Assembly (NCBI RefSeq): GCF_006345805.1
Contig: NC_043005.1
Location: forward strand, 47,430,001 to 47,494,000
Direction of reading: 5' to 3'
DNA: 64,000 nt
DNA from: Octopus sinensis
Lineage: Eukaryota
Positions 25,618 to 38,924 of this stretch are shown here, in pieces. Below the pieces are notes generated by a model that saw only the letters and a list, made by a program, of their open reading frames with translations, was not told the DNA's origin and ran no database searches. Positions within the stretch are counted from its first letter, which is position 1. Each line of letters opens with the position of its first letter. Both the position numbers and the translations under genes were made by a program.

Positions 25618-26589
25618 AAAAATTGATTATTAATTTTGATGTCAAAATTAAGTTTTTTGCCAATTATTTTTTTTGCCAATTTTTCAATATTAAGCAGTGT
25701 TAATGTATTTAGTGTTCTCTACATGATAAATATATGAATGTGTGTATATATATAGTATTTCTTGTCGTGTGTATTTCTTAGTGACAATGTAATTCTCTGT
25801 GAGCGTGTCTGTGTGTGTGTGCACCTTTGCAAAAATGATGTGCATTTTTTACCGTTGTAAATCAGTGCATAAATGAATACATTGAATATGTAATCTGCAT
25901 GTATGTGAACATATGTATGCATGCAAGCTTACAATATGTATGTGTGTGTGTAAATGTGTATGTGTGTGTAAATGTGTATGTTTGTGAATGCAAGTGTACT
26001 CATGCATTTATGTTTGTGTATATCAGTGAGTGAGTACGATTTTATCTGAATGTGTGTGGCTGAGTACGCATGTGCTTGTATGCATGTGTATCAGTGCATA
26101 TCTATATGTTTGTGTATTTTTCTCCGAGTGTGCATGCATGTGCATGTATGTATGCATATGTGTGTGCATGTGTATGCAAGCAGACAGATATAACCACATG
26201 ACTGAATCTATTCAGATTTTTCTCTGTAACTTCTCTATTACCCCTCAGCTTCACCACCTCATAGATTGTACCCATTCCCCCTTTTATATAATCCTTTTCC
26301 CTTCACACCTCCCTCCCACTAGCTCTCTGCAGGCGCAGTTTCTATTATATCACATTGCATGGTTTAATCATGTTATGCTTGACTGAAAGAAGTCACGACC
26401 CATCTAATCCTTCATGTTCAGATCCCACACAAACCTGCTTCCCTCTCCTTCCCTATCTATATATCCTTATATCTTCTGCTCTCCCCTTCCCCCATTCTTT
26501 ACTCCCTTTCTTCATCTTCCAATTCCTCATATCTCTCATCTCACATCTCTCTTTCTCTCTCTCAAGATTACAATACATACATATTTTAC

Positions 26590-26770
26590 TGTATTTTTCA
26601 CAATATATATATATATATACATATGTATGCACATATGTGTGTATGTATTTATTTACATAAATATCTATACATCATATATATATATATATACATATGTATG
26701 CACATATGTGTGTATGTATTTATTTACATAAATATCTATACATCATATATATATATATATACAAACATAC

Positions 26771-26811
<41 letters not shown>

Positions 26812-27038
26812 TATGTATGTGTGTGTGTGTAAATGTATATATATATATATAATATATATATATATATATGTGTGTATATATGTATGTGTGAGTGCATGTA
26901 TATATTACATACTCACACACATATTCACATACCTCCCTCCCTGTTGTTTCCATTTACTTTTCTTCTCCATTTCACATAACATTCTTTTTGTTACTTCTTT
27001 CCTCTTCCCTTTTCTTTCTCTTTCTATCTTTCTGTCTG

Positions 27039-27115
<77 letters not shown>

Positions 27116-27526
27116 TTACTTATCTGTCTGTCTAACTGTCTGTCTGTCTAACTGTCTGTCTGTCTAACTGTTTGTCTGTCTGTCTTTATTGTTTACACTT
27201 ATTTTCATTTTTTCTCTTGTTTTGGTTTTGTTTTATTTTCTTCTCTCGTTTGCATGTATTTTTTTAATCTCTTTGTTTTTAAATATCAATCTCTAATCTA
27301 CTAAATCTTTATTTGAACACATCAAAGCTACCTTAAGGTTTATAACACACACACACACATACAGACACACATGCACAAATACATACACACACACACACAT
27401 ATATATATATATACGTATTACATATATATATATATATACTTTTATGTATACATACATATGTGTGTGTGTATATATACATATGTATATATGTATTTGTAAA
27501 TATGTATAAATATTTATATGTATGTA

Positions 27527-27603
<77 letters not shown>

Positions 27604-27610
27604 ATATTTG
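26590..27610. repeat. Microsatellite complex: about 72-bp direct duplication at 26600-26760, (TA)n, (TATC)n at 27036-27115, 16-mer AACTGTCTGTCTGTCT about 3 times, (CA)n/(TA)n
   Basis: Seen directly. Confidence 0.9.
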
Positions 27611-28499
27611 GGAAGAAAATATGATCATCACTAAAGCTCTAGAAACGAACATCTTGGCGTCGGCTCTCGAGTCTTACTATGTGACTGACCATGTTATATA
27701 GTAAAGTTATTGCGTTTCCACAGTTTTTATCTTCCAGAAAATATTATTCCTTTGAGCTGTGAGATTATAAGAAATAATCTGCCTCTGCTTTGCACAGCAC
27801 CAACGCTGACTTCTTTATCCAGATCAAAACACTTCACTTTAAAATCTCTTATTTTTATTTCCAATATTTCCATGTTTTCTTTTTCCTGTATGATTATTTA
27901 TTTATTCATGCATACATTCTTTGGTTGGCTGCTTAAGTTTGCTATGTTGTTTTTGGTTTTATAGAATTTTCCTTTCTTTATTTATTTATTGCATTTTATT
28001 TTGTTATAGTTTTATTTTTACATTGCTGTATGTTATTTGGCTTAATGCGATTTCTATAACATAGCAAATCCCTTAAATTTCTGTTCTTGACACCAATTGA
28101 CTGAAAACCATATCTATAGAATACAGAGGCTGTAGTGAACATAGACTATGATTTGAGATATGATATGAATAATTGATATTCCTGCTTCAATAAATGATTA
28201 CATGGTGTTTTTAAAGAAATATAATTTGTGATATAAAAAAATATATATAAAATAACATACAAAAATCACAATGAAAGATATATCATGGAAAATGAGAACT
28301 GACAAGAAAAATATATAAATCATTAAAATGATTCTGAAATAAGTATTTAAGCACCTTGGTTGTTCTAATATAATTAGTGTATATTTTAAAGCTTTTCTTT
28401 TATTGCATTTCACTGTTACAATATTTAGCTTGTATATACTTTAAGTTGCATTTTAAATCCACTTTTTATCAGGGTGTTATAACAAGTAGACAGTCACAA

Positions 28500-28893
28500 T
28501 CTCTCTATATATAAAACTGAAGTTGTCTGTGTATGGCAGGTTTGGTAGCCTTCAACTAACACTATCTCGAGACCCTGTGGTGCAAGGTGACCAAAATCGA
28601 GAGTATGATAGAAGAAGGATTGTTCTTCCTTCTGTAGAAGAAAAATATTTAAAATCGGACCATGTTAACACCAAAAATTATTTACATCAAAAAGGTGCTT
28701 TTTTTCTATGAAAGTCCCTATCTTTTACGATTTTTTTTACTGTTGTGTCACAATTTTTCAGTGTATTTCAACCAGAAAAATGTTCACTTAAAGAGAATAA
28801 CAAGCTACATAATAATACAAAATTTTTAATTTTCAAAAATTCCAATTCTAAAGGGTTGAAACAAACCCGAGCAACGCCGGGCGATACTGCTAG
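28500..28893 (+). mobile_element. Non-autonomous Helitron (394 bp)
   Basis: A|TCTCTCTATATATAAAAC...CCCGAGCAACGCCGGG hairpin...CTAG|T: 5' TC, 3' CTRR, A/T insertion site, no TSD. Confidence 0.9.
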
Positions 28894-29629
28894 TATTGTA
28901 TATAGTTATTTATAGTTATTTGATCTATAAATAACCATTTTCATTATAATCTTTTATCTTTTAACTTTTACTTGCTTTAATCACTAGACAGCAGCCATGC
29001 TGGGGTACCACATTGAAGAATTTCATTCAAATGAATCAATAACCCCAGTGCTTATGTTTTAAAAAGTTTTATACTTATTCTATTGGTCTCTTTTTGTGTT
29101 TTTGTTTTTAGAAGTTTCCCTACATGTATGTATAACAGATGTTCTTTATTTATTTGAGAAGCCAAATTTTCTGGTTGCAAAATATTCTGTTGTATTCTGA
29201 CTTCTAATCAAATATATTTTCAAAAAAAAGAACAGAAAAATAAAAGGAGTTTTTAAATAGGCTTTACCCACTGTTTTTCCTTAGTTTAAAGAAATTTGGG
29301 CAAAATATTTTTCCTCCTTAAAATTGGCACAAACTGTTGCACCCATACAATTTCTGAACATATGAATTACATTACAATTGTTTTTCTTATTTCTTCATTG
29401 CTTTAGTTAATTCTTTAAATTTTTTTTATATTTTTTCTTGAACATTTACCAAATTTATATTATATTCATTAATTGTTTTAAGAACCTTAATCAAAATTGC
29501 ATTTACAGAGATAAGAATTCTATTTCATGGAAATTCAATCTGTATAAAAACCACCCACAAAGTAATATGGAGTTTACATAGATAATAAGAACTGTAGCTA
29601 AAATAATAGATATGTTATTAAAAAAAAGT

Positions 29630-29920
29630 GGAAGCGCAATGGCCCAGTAGTTAGGGCAGCAGACTCGCAGTCGGAGGATCGCGGTTTCGATTCCCAGACC
29701 TTGCATTGTGTGTGTTTATTGAGCAAAAACACCTAAAAGCTCCCCGAGGCTCTGGCAGGGGGTGGTGGCGACCCCTGTTGTACTCTTTCGCCACAACTTT
29801 CTCTCACTCTCTCTTCCTGTTTCTTGAGTAATGGCATCCCGTCCAGCTGGAGGGAACACATACGCCACAGAAACCGGGAAACCGGGCCCATGAGCCTGGC
29901 TAGGCTTGAAAAGGGCGATG
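29630..29920 (+). mobile_element. SINE family C (tail type 2) with a variant central segment
   Basis: tRNA-like head GCGCAATGGCCCAGTAGTTAGGG...GGTTTCGATTCCC; tail GAAACCGGGAAACCGGGCCCATGAGCCTGGCTAGGC shared with 52676 and 61645. Confidence 0.85.
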
Positions 29921-30121
29921 TTTATCCTTTATTGTTATTAAAAAAAGCAGCTGCCATTGTTATTGTTGTTGCTATTTAGCTCCAAGTCTGTGTTCACTGA
30001 GTGACCTTTGGCCAAAAACATCTTCACCATCACTCTTTATCTTTTCCTATGCACAAAGTGCCTCAGGAACCCATTCTCTTATATGTTCTGTCTAAAAAGC
30101 ATAGGAGCATGTTCTGTCTAC

Positions 30122-30286
30122 AGGCATAGGAGTTTCTGTGTGGTAAGTAGCTTGCTTACCAACCACATTGTTCCGAGTTCAGTCCCACTGCATGGCACCT
30201 TGGGCAAGTGTTTTCTACTATAGCCTCGGGCCAACCAAAGCCTTGTGAGTGGATTTGGTAGACGGAAACTGAAAGAAGCCCGTCGT

Positions 30287-30373
<87 letters not shown>

Positions 30374-30605
30374 TGTGTATGTTTGTGTGTCTGTGTTTAT
30401 CCCCCCCCCAACATTGCTTGACAACCAATGGTGCTGTGTTTACGTCCCCATAACTTAGTGGTTTGGCAAAAGTGGCCGGTAGAAGAAGTACTAAGCTTAC
30501 AAAGAATAAATCCTGAGGTCGATTTTCTCGACTAAAGGCAGTGCTCCAGCATGGCCACACAGTCAAATGACTGAAACAAGTAAAAGAGTAAAAGAGCAAA
30601 AGAGT
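30122..30605 (+). mobile_element. SINE family A, full length
   Basis: Head, (TA)n(TG)n core, body and (AAAAGAG)n tail. Confidence 0.92.
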
Positions 30606-30951
30606 AAACAAGGAGTGAAAATTGTATAACAATCATATAAACAAGTCAGTAAGGCCCAACAGAAATGACATGTAGTTTACATTCAGTGTAGGTTCTACTG
30701 ATCTATTTATTCAGACAGCAACTAGAGAGAAATAACATTCATGCAATCTGTTGGATTTTGCAATGTTAATTTACAAGAAGAAATGAGTGAAAGAGACAGG
30801 ATGTAAAACAGATTTTCCAGAGTGTTCAAGGGAGCCAGAAGTGATGGTATGAACATGCAATGCAAATAGATAATGTATAATTGGGAAACCGGTTATATGG
30901 GTTAACAGTAGCAAGTACCAACAACCATGCTAGGCTCAAGTTGACCTGAGT

Positions 30952-31450
30952 CTGTGGTTCTTAACCAGTTTTTACCTATAGACCTCTTTAACACTTGTTT
31001 TACTCTACTGGACCCTCGTACCCAATCAAGATTAAATAAATTTCTATTATATTTTTATAATTAAGATATCATTAGAAAGTGTATCAAAAAATTATTAAAA
31101 TATTTTGTGTATTACAGATGAATAACCTATTTACTGCACATAAACTTCAATAACAACTTCCTACATGGACCCTGATCGAAAATTAATGACTTAACCCTTT
31201 CGATACCAACCTGGCTGAAACCGCCTCTGACTCTGTAGTACAAATGTCTTGTTTTCATAAGTTTTGAATTAAAATCTTCCATTAAACCTTAGTCGTAATT
31301 TATGTTCCTAACACTAGCTTAATGATAACTAAGTTATTTTACTAAATTATTTGTTATATTTAAAATTAATTGAAAAACAGACCATCTCAAAATAAATATA
31401 GTAATGAAAGGGTTAAGGGGAAAATGGTAGGCTCATATCTGGGAATAGTT
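30952..31450. mobile_element. hAT-type MITE interrupted by a piggyBac MITE
   Basis: Starts CTGTGGTTCTTAACC; colinear with 1973-2151 plus 4071-4158. Confidence 0.55.
31195..31412. mobile_element. piggyBac-type MITE family 1, intact (218 bp)
   Basis: TTAA|CCCTTT...AAAGGG|TTAA, perfect TTAA TSD. Confidence 0.93.
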
Positions 31451-31457
31451 AGTTTAA

Positions 31458-31654
31458 CCCTTTAGCATTTAAACTGGCCATATTCAGCCAAAATATTCCA
31501 GCTATTTTATGCTCAAACTGACCAACCCAACCCAACAATATTGTTAAAAAATTAACAGTTATCGCATCAAAATCTCATCAAAATGCATGGTTAATTCAAA
31601 ACAATGTGAATAAATAAGCATTGCATTTGACAAAGTAATCTGAATGCTAAATAG
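31458..31654. mobile_element. piggyBac-type MITE family 2
   Basis: TTAA|CCCTTTAGCATTT...CTGAATGCTAAATAG|TTAA. Confidence 0.8.
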
Positions 31655-32073
31655 TTAATAACAAGATAATGTTTTATCAAGACTACTAGAAAGATGATAC
31701 ATTAAAAACTCATTACTGTAGATCCCGGTTTCAGAATAGATACACTATGCCCTTGCATGGCATAGGAAGTATCTATAAAGATTGGAGACAGGAAAGGCAT
31801 CCAGTTTTTCTTATGGCTAAAAACATCTTTAACATCATCTTTTATTTTTTCCTATTTACAGAGCACATGAGAACTCATAATCTAATGCATTCTGTTTTAA
31901 CACAGTAGGGTTTGATTTGAAAAAGACTTGACTGCTATTTCTAACAGGTCAATGGACAAGATAAAAGACTCTCACATTGGCTGATGCAATAGATATTGGT
32001 CATAACTATACTGCCTCAGAAAAACCTGTCCATCCCATACCAGACTGGAAAATCAGATAGTTAATGATAATGT

Positions 32074-32107
<34 letters not shown>

Positions 32108-32524
32108 TGGTGCTGGTGGCAGTGATGAGGACGATGATGACAATGTTTTAAGAACTCATCAAACTGAGGTGAGAAAGGGAAGCAGATGTTAAATTGAATC
32201 AAAGACAAGGATGAAGGTCTTTGCTTTTCCTATTTTTTATTACACAGCATCAAAAATTTTCCAAACTTTTATAAAGTGTAACAATAAAATTATATATTTA
32301 ACGATTATAACATTTAAAAGGGTTAATAATAAGAGAAATTATTTTAGTCAGAAATTATTGGAATATATTAAATTACAAATTGATGATTTTCATTTTAAAC
32401 ATGTTAATAACTTTTTAAGGCTTAAAACAGGAAACATCAATATCACAAAGTAATTGAAAATATCTGGGGAGGAATATATAAATAGAATTATTTTCACTAG
32501 AATAACTCTTAATTTATTTTGCAG

Positions 32525-32571
32525 CTGAAGAAATTTTATGTATAGATAATGCCTTTGGTGTTAGTATCAGT
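32525..32571 (+). CDS. Candidate coding exon (x-EEILCIDNAFGVSIS, phase 1 to 0)
   Basis: Acceptor aatttattttgcAG, donor AGT|GTAAGT, open frame, phase matches 33251. Confidence 0.55.
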
Positions 32572-33250
32572 GTAAGTCAGTTTTTGATTAAAATTATTTA
32601 TAAATTTTGATGAACAGCAAGCTTCCCTACTTCTATAATTGTGCATACATATGTAACTGCAATTCTACAATTTTGTTTATATTTGTAGTTTCCACAACTA
32701 GAAAAAGTAATTGAAATCTTGCATCTCAAGTCTCTGAAAATTGATATAACTGATTTACTTCAGTTGGTCATATTGAAATCTTTCTGGTGTTTGTTAGATT
32801 TATTATGACTGCTAATATCCTACAAAGGACTATGAGCTACAGAAAATTTTGTTTCAGTCTTTGAACTACTCTTCATATTCTTCTTGAGAGTTTTATTTTC
32901 TGAATAAAGACAAACTTTTTCTCTAAACTCTTATTAAATTTACGCTTTCTTCTGAAAACCATGAATGGTGATAATTTTGGCTTTGAGGCTAATATTAACT
33001 TATCTCTGACAAATCTAATAACCTCTCTCTTTAGTTCTTAGCGACTAGTGACGAAATTGGTAGCTTTCACTATGCTGATATTGTTTAACTTATAGACAGG
33101 ACGTATGGGCAATAGAAATACAATAAGGGAGTTGTTGGGGGACGGGGAGGAAATAACCACAGTACAGTGTTGGTCCAGGAAATTCTTTCCTGTATTATAT
33201 TACACTATCTATATTGTACCAAAATTTCTTACATGTTAAATTTCTTACAG

Positions 33251-33304
33251 GTTATGTATGTACGGTATAGAAATAAATATCTTACAATAGCTGAAGATAG
33301 AAAT
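33251..33304 (+). CDS. Candidate coding exon (VMYVRYRNKYLTIAEDRN, phase 0 to 0)
   Basis: Acceptor aatttcttacAG, donor AAT|GTATGT, 18 open codons in frame with the previous exon. Confidence 0.55.
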
Positions 33305-34887
33305 GTATGTGTAAATATAGGTCTATGCATATGACTTTTCTCATATGCTTCAAGCTTTGTTTAATTTTGATGACAAAATGTGAGTGAAATACATAGTTAA
33401 AAATAACATCCATCGCTCTGCAATGTAATTCTTCATTTTACTGTTGTTTAGAGATTAATTTATCAGATTCTGTAATAAACCTAATAGGTAAAAGTACTAT
33501 GAGTTAACTGAATAAAATCATTCCCTCCACATTCAATTAAGGATTAGTTCATTGGTTTCTCTTGTGATTCCACAGATAAAAATACCATTACTTCTCCTGC
33601 TACAAAAACCCCATCTCTCAGTTGATTGGTAATCAGATTATCTTGGTATGTAATTAATTATGCAGCTACAAATAGCTTTAGTTAGTAGTCTAGGTAAATT
33701 CCTCATCACAAGGAATTAGTCATTAATTTACATCAGTGATAGTAATAAATTACAAGGGGAAAAAAGTATCCTTAACCCATCAAGTGGATAAACCAAAACC
33801 ATTACAGTACACTAGTAACTGATTTATCAAAGTTAGTTATGAACTACACAGAAATAAGCTGAGACAAAGACACTAATGGCAGTGTATAATGTGATGTTAA
33901 TAGTAATACCAAAAAGATGGCAGCATACTCAGCTTCCCTACAATGGGGCTTCAGTTAATGGTTGATGAGAAAATTGATTATTTGCCGCTGGTCTGTGCCA
34001 GTGAGCTGCGAAGTGTATCACTTGTTCAAACGGCTGCAATATTCTGCATTACAAATTCCAAAGTGCTTTGGGATATGACTACTAAGTTATTTCCTTTTGC
34101 AATCATTGGGTTTTAAGCCCATATTGTCAAGTCGTTCAGTCCCATACCCCACCCACAAATGTCAACTTGACATTTGTTCCTGCAAACACAGAGTAATTTC
34201 ATGAATACCTTCACACTTGTCCCTTTTGTACGCAATCAAAGTAGTTGACATTATAAGGCAATCAAATCAGATTTGATGAGCAAAAATTGTTTGCTTCCTT
34301 TAAACATGCAGTGAAATAATCTTTAGAACAAACCACTTGAGTTTATTTTATTTTGTTTACATTCTTACACCTTTTAGATGGATAGACTGTTTGCTTAACT
34401 TTGGTTAAATATTGTTATTGCACTTGAAATATAGGATGTAAGCAAACACATACGGTTGCAAAATAGCTTTTCTTTATCAAAATCTTTTAGTAATAATTCA
34501 CTTCACTTAAGAAATATGTATGTAAGTACGTATGTAACACGTATGTGTGTATGTATGTATGTATGATGTATGTATGTATGTATGCATGCATGCATGTATG
34601 TATGTATGTATGTATGTATATATGTATGTGTGTGTGTATGTACATACATATTTGTGTATGTACATATATATTTATGTACATACGTATTTATGTATGTATT
34701 TATGTATGCATGTAAGTATGTATGTTTGTGTACGTGTGTAATTGATGTTGCAGGCTTTGAAATGCACATACACATGCAGGCATACAAACACACACATGCA
34801 CGCACACACACTCACACACACACACACATGCAGACTGACCAATAATTAATAGTTAGATGAAGACTGACTTAATATTTTAATTTAATA

Positions 34888-35085
34888 TTGGTTTCAAATT
34901 TTGGCACAAGGCCAGCAATTTTGGGGGAGGAGGTAAGTCAATTACATTGACCCCAGTGCTCAAGTGGTACTTATTTTATTAACCCCAAATGGATGAAAGG
35001 CAAAGTTGAACGCAGAACGGAAAGACGGACGAAATGCTGCAAAGCATTTTGCCTAGTACTGTAATGGGTCTGTCAGCTAACCACC
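34888..35085 (-). mobile_element. SINE family B
   Basis: Reverse-complement match to the family B core. Confidence 0.85.
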
Positions 35086-35152
35086 TTAACATTTTAATTC
35101 AATATTTCATACTTACATATTGTAGAAATTCAAATTATAAGTTATATTACTC

Positions 35153-35385
35153 AAGGCGGCGAGCTGGCAGACACGTTAGCACGCTGGGCGAAATGCGTAG
35201 CCGTATTTCATCTGCCGTTACATTCTGAGTTCAAATTCTGCCAAGGTCGACTTTGCCTTTCATCCTTTCGGGGTAGATAAATTAAGTACCAGTTACGCAC
35301 TGGGGTCGATACAATCGACTTAATCCCTTTGTCTGTCCTTGTTTGACCCCTCTGTGTTTAGCCCCTTGTGGGTAGTAAAGAAATA
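35153..35385 (+). mobile_element. SINE family B, young copy with 14-bp TSD
   Basis: TATATTACTCAAGG at 35143-35156 and 35386-35399. Confidence 0.93.
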
Positions 35386-35759
35386 TATATTACTCAAGGT
35401 TCTAAACTAGCAAGGATCAACTTGGGTGGTTCTTAGGAGCATTTAAATAAGTCTATTCTGCATTTGAACTAAGTCATTGGCTTGAGAATTCCTGCCATGC
35501 TTCATTCCAACAATATCATTGACCCTGTAAAAGATGATGGGTGCTGTCCTATCCCTTGATTAAATGACAGAAAATAGGAAGTAAACAAATTTCTTTCATC
35601 TTATACACTCTATGATTCATTACATGTAGTTACAAACCTCCTTTTCATACAAATGTGATAACAAGAAAGTTAGCTGTGTTTCTGTTTAACCAAATTCATC
35701 TCTCTATGGATGATTATTCTATGTGACCCCAATTCAGCTTCCTATATATAGTAGAAGTT

Positions 35760-36013
35760 AAGGCAGCGAGCTGGCAGAGTCATTAGCATGCCGGGCAAAA
35801 TGCTTAGTGGTATTTCGTCTGCTGCTACGTTCTGAGTTCAAATTCTGCCAAGGTCGACTTTGCCTTTCATCCCTTCAGGGTCGATAAATTAAGTACCAGT
35901 TACGCACTGGGGTTGATGTAATCGACTTAATCTGTTTGTCCTCTCTGTGTTTAGCCACTTGTGGGTAGTAAAGAAATAGGTATTTTGTCTGTCTTTACGT
36001 TCTGAGTTCAAAT
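35760..36013 (+). mobile_element. SINE family B followed by a partial restart of its own head
   Basis: Full copy to 35978, then GGTATTTTGTCTGTCTTTACGTTCTGAGTTCAAATT repeats 35809-35843. Confidence 0.88.
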
Positions 36014-36259
36014 TTAAGTCAGCAGCAAAGAAGAAAATTCAATGCAAATGACGTTTTCCGAGGGTTTTGAAGCTGATAGGAATATGAGAGTCAGTTGTCT
36101 ATCGACCCCACTAAAGGTAGTCATAGGCTGATTAAGATGCAGACCTTGAGATGACTTTAATTTAGCAAGTTAAGCTAATTTATAATATATGATTAGTGAT
36201 GTGCAGGAACCACTGAAAGTTACAGCAGTACTTCAATCTGCTATTGATTGTATTAGCTA

Positions 36260-36637
36260 CTAGCAGTATCGCCCGGCGTTGCTCAGGTTTGTAAGGGAAA
36301 TAACTATAAAGCATTTTAGAGAGTTATAGCCAAAAAATAGCAAAAAAATGGAAAAAATGATGGTAAATTTTTTTTTAGTTAAAAAAGGTGGAGTTACGTC
36401 CCCTAGACAGTTTGTGATTTGTGTTTCTGATTCTCGACTCATGTCGAATTTTCGATTTTTTTCAGAACTGGGGGAACTTTTCAAAATTTTCGCTGCGTTA
36501 GTTTTGAATTATGACATTGGGCTATGTGTGTGTCAAGTTTCATCAGAATCGGTTGAAAGCCGTGGTCAGGGTGAGGGTACAAGCAAACAGACACACAGAA
36601 ACACGCACAGACAAACTGCCGTTTATATATAGAGAGA
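36260..36637 (-). mobile_element. Non-autonomous Helitron (378 bp)
   Basis: Reverse complement: A|TCTCTCTATATATAAAC...CCTGAGCAACGCCGGGCGATACTGCTAG|T. Confidence 0.9.
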
Positions 36638-36729
36638 TAAATCACACAAGTGAAATGAAATAAGGTGGACCAGGAATTGAACCTAGATTTTGATCTCTGT
36701 TTGCAAAGAACTTACTTTTTGTTATATAT

Positions 36730-36945
36730 ATACTCTTTTACTCTTTTACTTGTTTCAGCCATTTGACTGTGGCCATACTGGAGCACCACCTTTAGTCAAG
36801 CAAATCAACCCCAGGACTTATTCTTTGTAAGCCTAGTACTTTTTCTATCGGTCTCTTTTGCCGAACTGCTAGGTTACGGAGACATAAACACACCAGCATC
36901 GGTTGTCAAGCAATGTTGGGGGGACAAACACAGACACACAAACAT

Positions 36946-36978
<33 letters not shown>

Positions 36979-37145
36979 CATATATATACGATGGGCTTCT
37001 TTCAGTTTCCGTCTACCAAATCCACTCACAAGGCTTTGATCGGCCCAAGGTTATAGTAGAAAACACTTGCCCAAGATGCCACTCAGTGGGATTGAACCTC
37101 GAACCATGTGGCTGGTAAGCAAGCTACTTAACACACAGCCACTCC
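36730..37145 (-). mobile_element. SINE family A, full length
   Basis: Aligns to 14390 and 30122. Confidence 0.92.
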
Positions 37146-37173
37146 TACATCTATCTATCTATCTATCTATCTA

Positions 37174-37212
<39 letters not shown>

Positions 37213-37249
37213 TTATCATCCTCACCATCATCATCATCATCATCACCAT

Positions 37250-37447
37250 TATTATGGTGAGCTAGTAGAACTGTGAATATGCTGGATAATATGATTTGTG
37301 GTATTTCATCGCTATTTACATTCTGAGTTCAAATTCTCCGAAGGTCAACATTGCCTTTTATCCTTTTGGGATTGATGAAGTAAATACAAGTTATACATTA
37401 GCCCCATCCCCTAAAATATTTCAGGCCTTGTGCCTGTAGTAGAAAGA
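37250..37447 (+). mobile_element. SINE family B (degraded)
   Basis: GGTGAGCTAGTAGAA...TTCTGAGTTCAAATT...CCTTTTATCC. Confidence 0.75.
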
Positions 37448-37462
37448 ATTATTATTATTATT

Positions 37463-38175
37463 CAATTTTAATCAAGTTTTTTCTTATTTTGGAAGAATTT
37501 ATGTAGGTAGCAGGTTACTACCTGTATACTCACATATCCGCAAACTTTCATTAACCTTTCAAGCACTCTAAACCTTTCTGATAATCTTTCCTGTCCTTAA
37601 GATGCAAAGTTACTATAGAAACTCTACAGGACATTCTATTCCAGTCTCCTCCAACCATTTGCCATATCATTACTCACAGTTTCTAATATACCAGTTATTA
37701 CAGGCACAATCTTCAAAGTTTTCATACTCCATATTCTTAAAATTTTGAGGTTTAAAAGATTGTACTTTTTAAGTTTTCATCTTCACTCTTTACTCTCCTG
37801 GAATCAAATGGACATAATGAATCAATTAGTGAGCAACTTCGCTTTTCCTTGTCTATAATTATGTCTCATCTATTATTTTCTAGCTTCTTAACTGTTTGAA
37901 TTGGAAAATCCCCAAAAATTTTGCATTTTCTCCCTCTCCAGCTCACTTTCAACCCAATGATTATACCAAGTATATCCAGCTTCAGATCCCCGTTTCTGAC
38001 AAAGCTTCTTGTGCAAAACGTTCACAACTTGGTCATGCCTCATTTCTTATATTCTAAATGAGACAACTTGGGGCATTCTACAAAAATGTGAGGCACTGTT
38101 TCATCCCAAATTCTACACAGTCTACATTTTGCTAACACTTTCTCCCCATACACATATTATCTCGGGTTGTTTGGT
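37463..38175 (-). mobile_element. R4/Dong-like fragment (CCHC to RLE), flanked by TAA repeats
   Basis: Frameshifted minus translation: EMRHDQVVNVLHKKLCQKRGSEAGYTWYNH...KCKIFWDFPIQT...IIDKEKRS...LKKYNLL...IVPVITGILETV. Confidence 0.85.
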
Positions 38176-38218
38176 TTTTTTTTTATTATTATTATTATTA
38201 TAATTATTATCATTATTA

Positions 38219-38274
<56 letters not shown>

Positions 38275-38828
38275 GAGTGAGAGAGCAGTGCATGCCATCA
38301 AAGTGACATGGAGGTAAAATATACGAAGCCCAGTATACCCATCATGACTACCTGTCTGATAAGGCTACACCAGGCACATGCATCACAACCATATGTGCAC
38401 AACATGGTGATCTCATATCATGATAAACAGCACATGACCTTGCAGGTGGGGCCCAGTTAGAATTTTCTTCTGGTCGAGTGACCCATCCCGCTCAAAAGGT
38501 CCCTGAATAAGGGTTGTTTTAAGATGTTGAACAAAACACCCATGTTTCCAGAGGTTAATTATTCAAACCCCAAAGAATCCCTCTCAACACATGGCTATGA
38601 TGCTCCCCCACTACTTCTGCTCATGATCAGAAATGCACATATCGTCAGCAACTAAGGGACATGCTGAACTGGTTAAGGTCAAACAACTGACAAGCAAATC
38701 TGTGGCATTGAGCAGAATATTTGCTGTAGCCCATCTTTTATACCAAGACAAAATAATGTACATGATAACACTTCCAATCAGTTAAGATCAGAAGCCATGA
38801 GAGTCACTGCCTGGTACTGCATCAGGGC

Positions 38829-38831
<3 letters not shown>
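38275..38831. mobile_element. About 557-bp non-coding cassette embedded in (ATT)n on both sides
   Basis: Sharp microsatellite boundaries at both ends, higher GC than flanks, no ORF in the track, no TIR; class unresolved. Confidence 0.55.
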
Positions 38832-38869
<38 letters not shown>

Positions 38870-38924
38870 TATTATTATTTATTTATTTATTTATTTATTT
38901 GTTTATTTATTTATTCACTTAACT

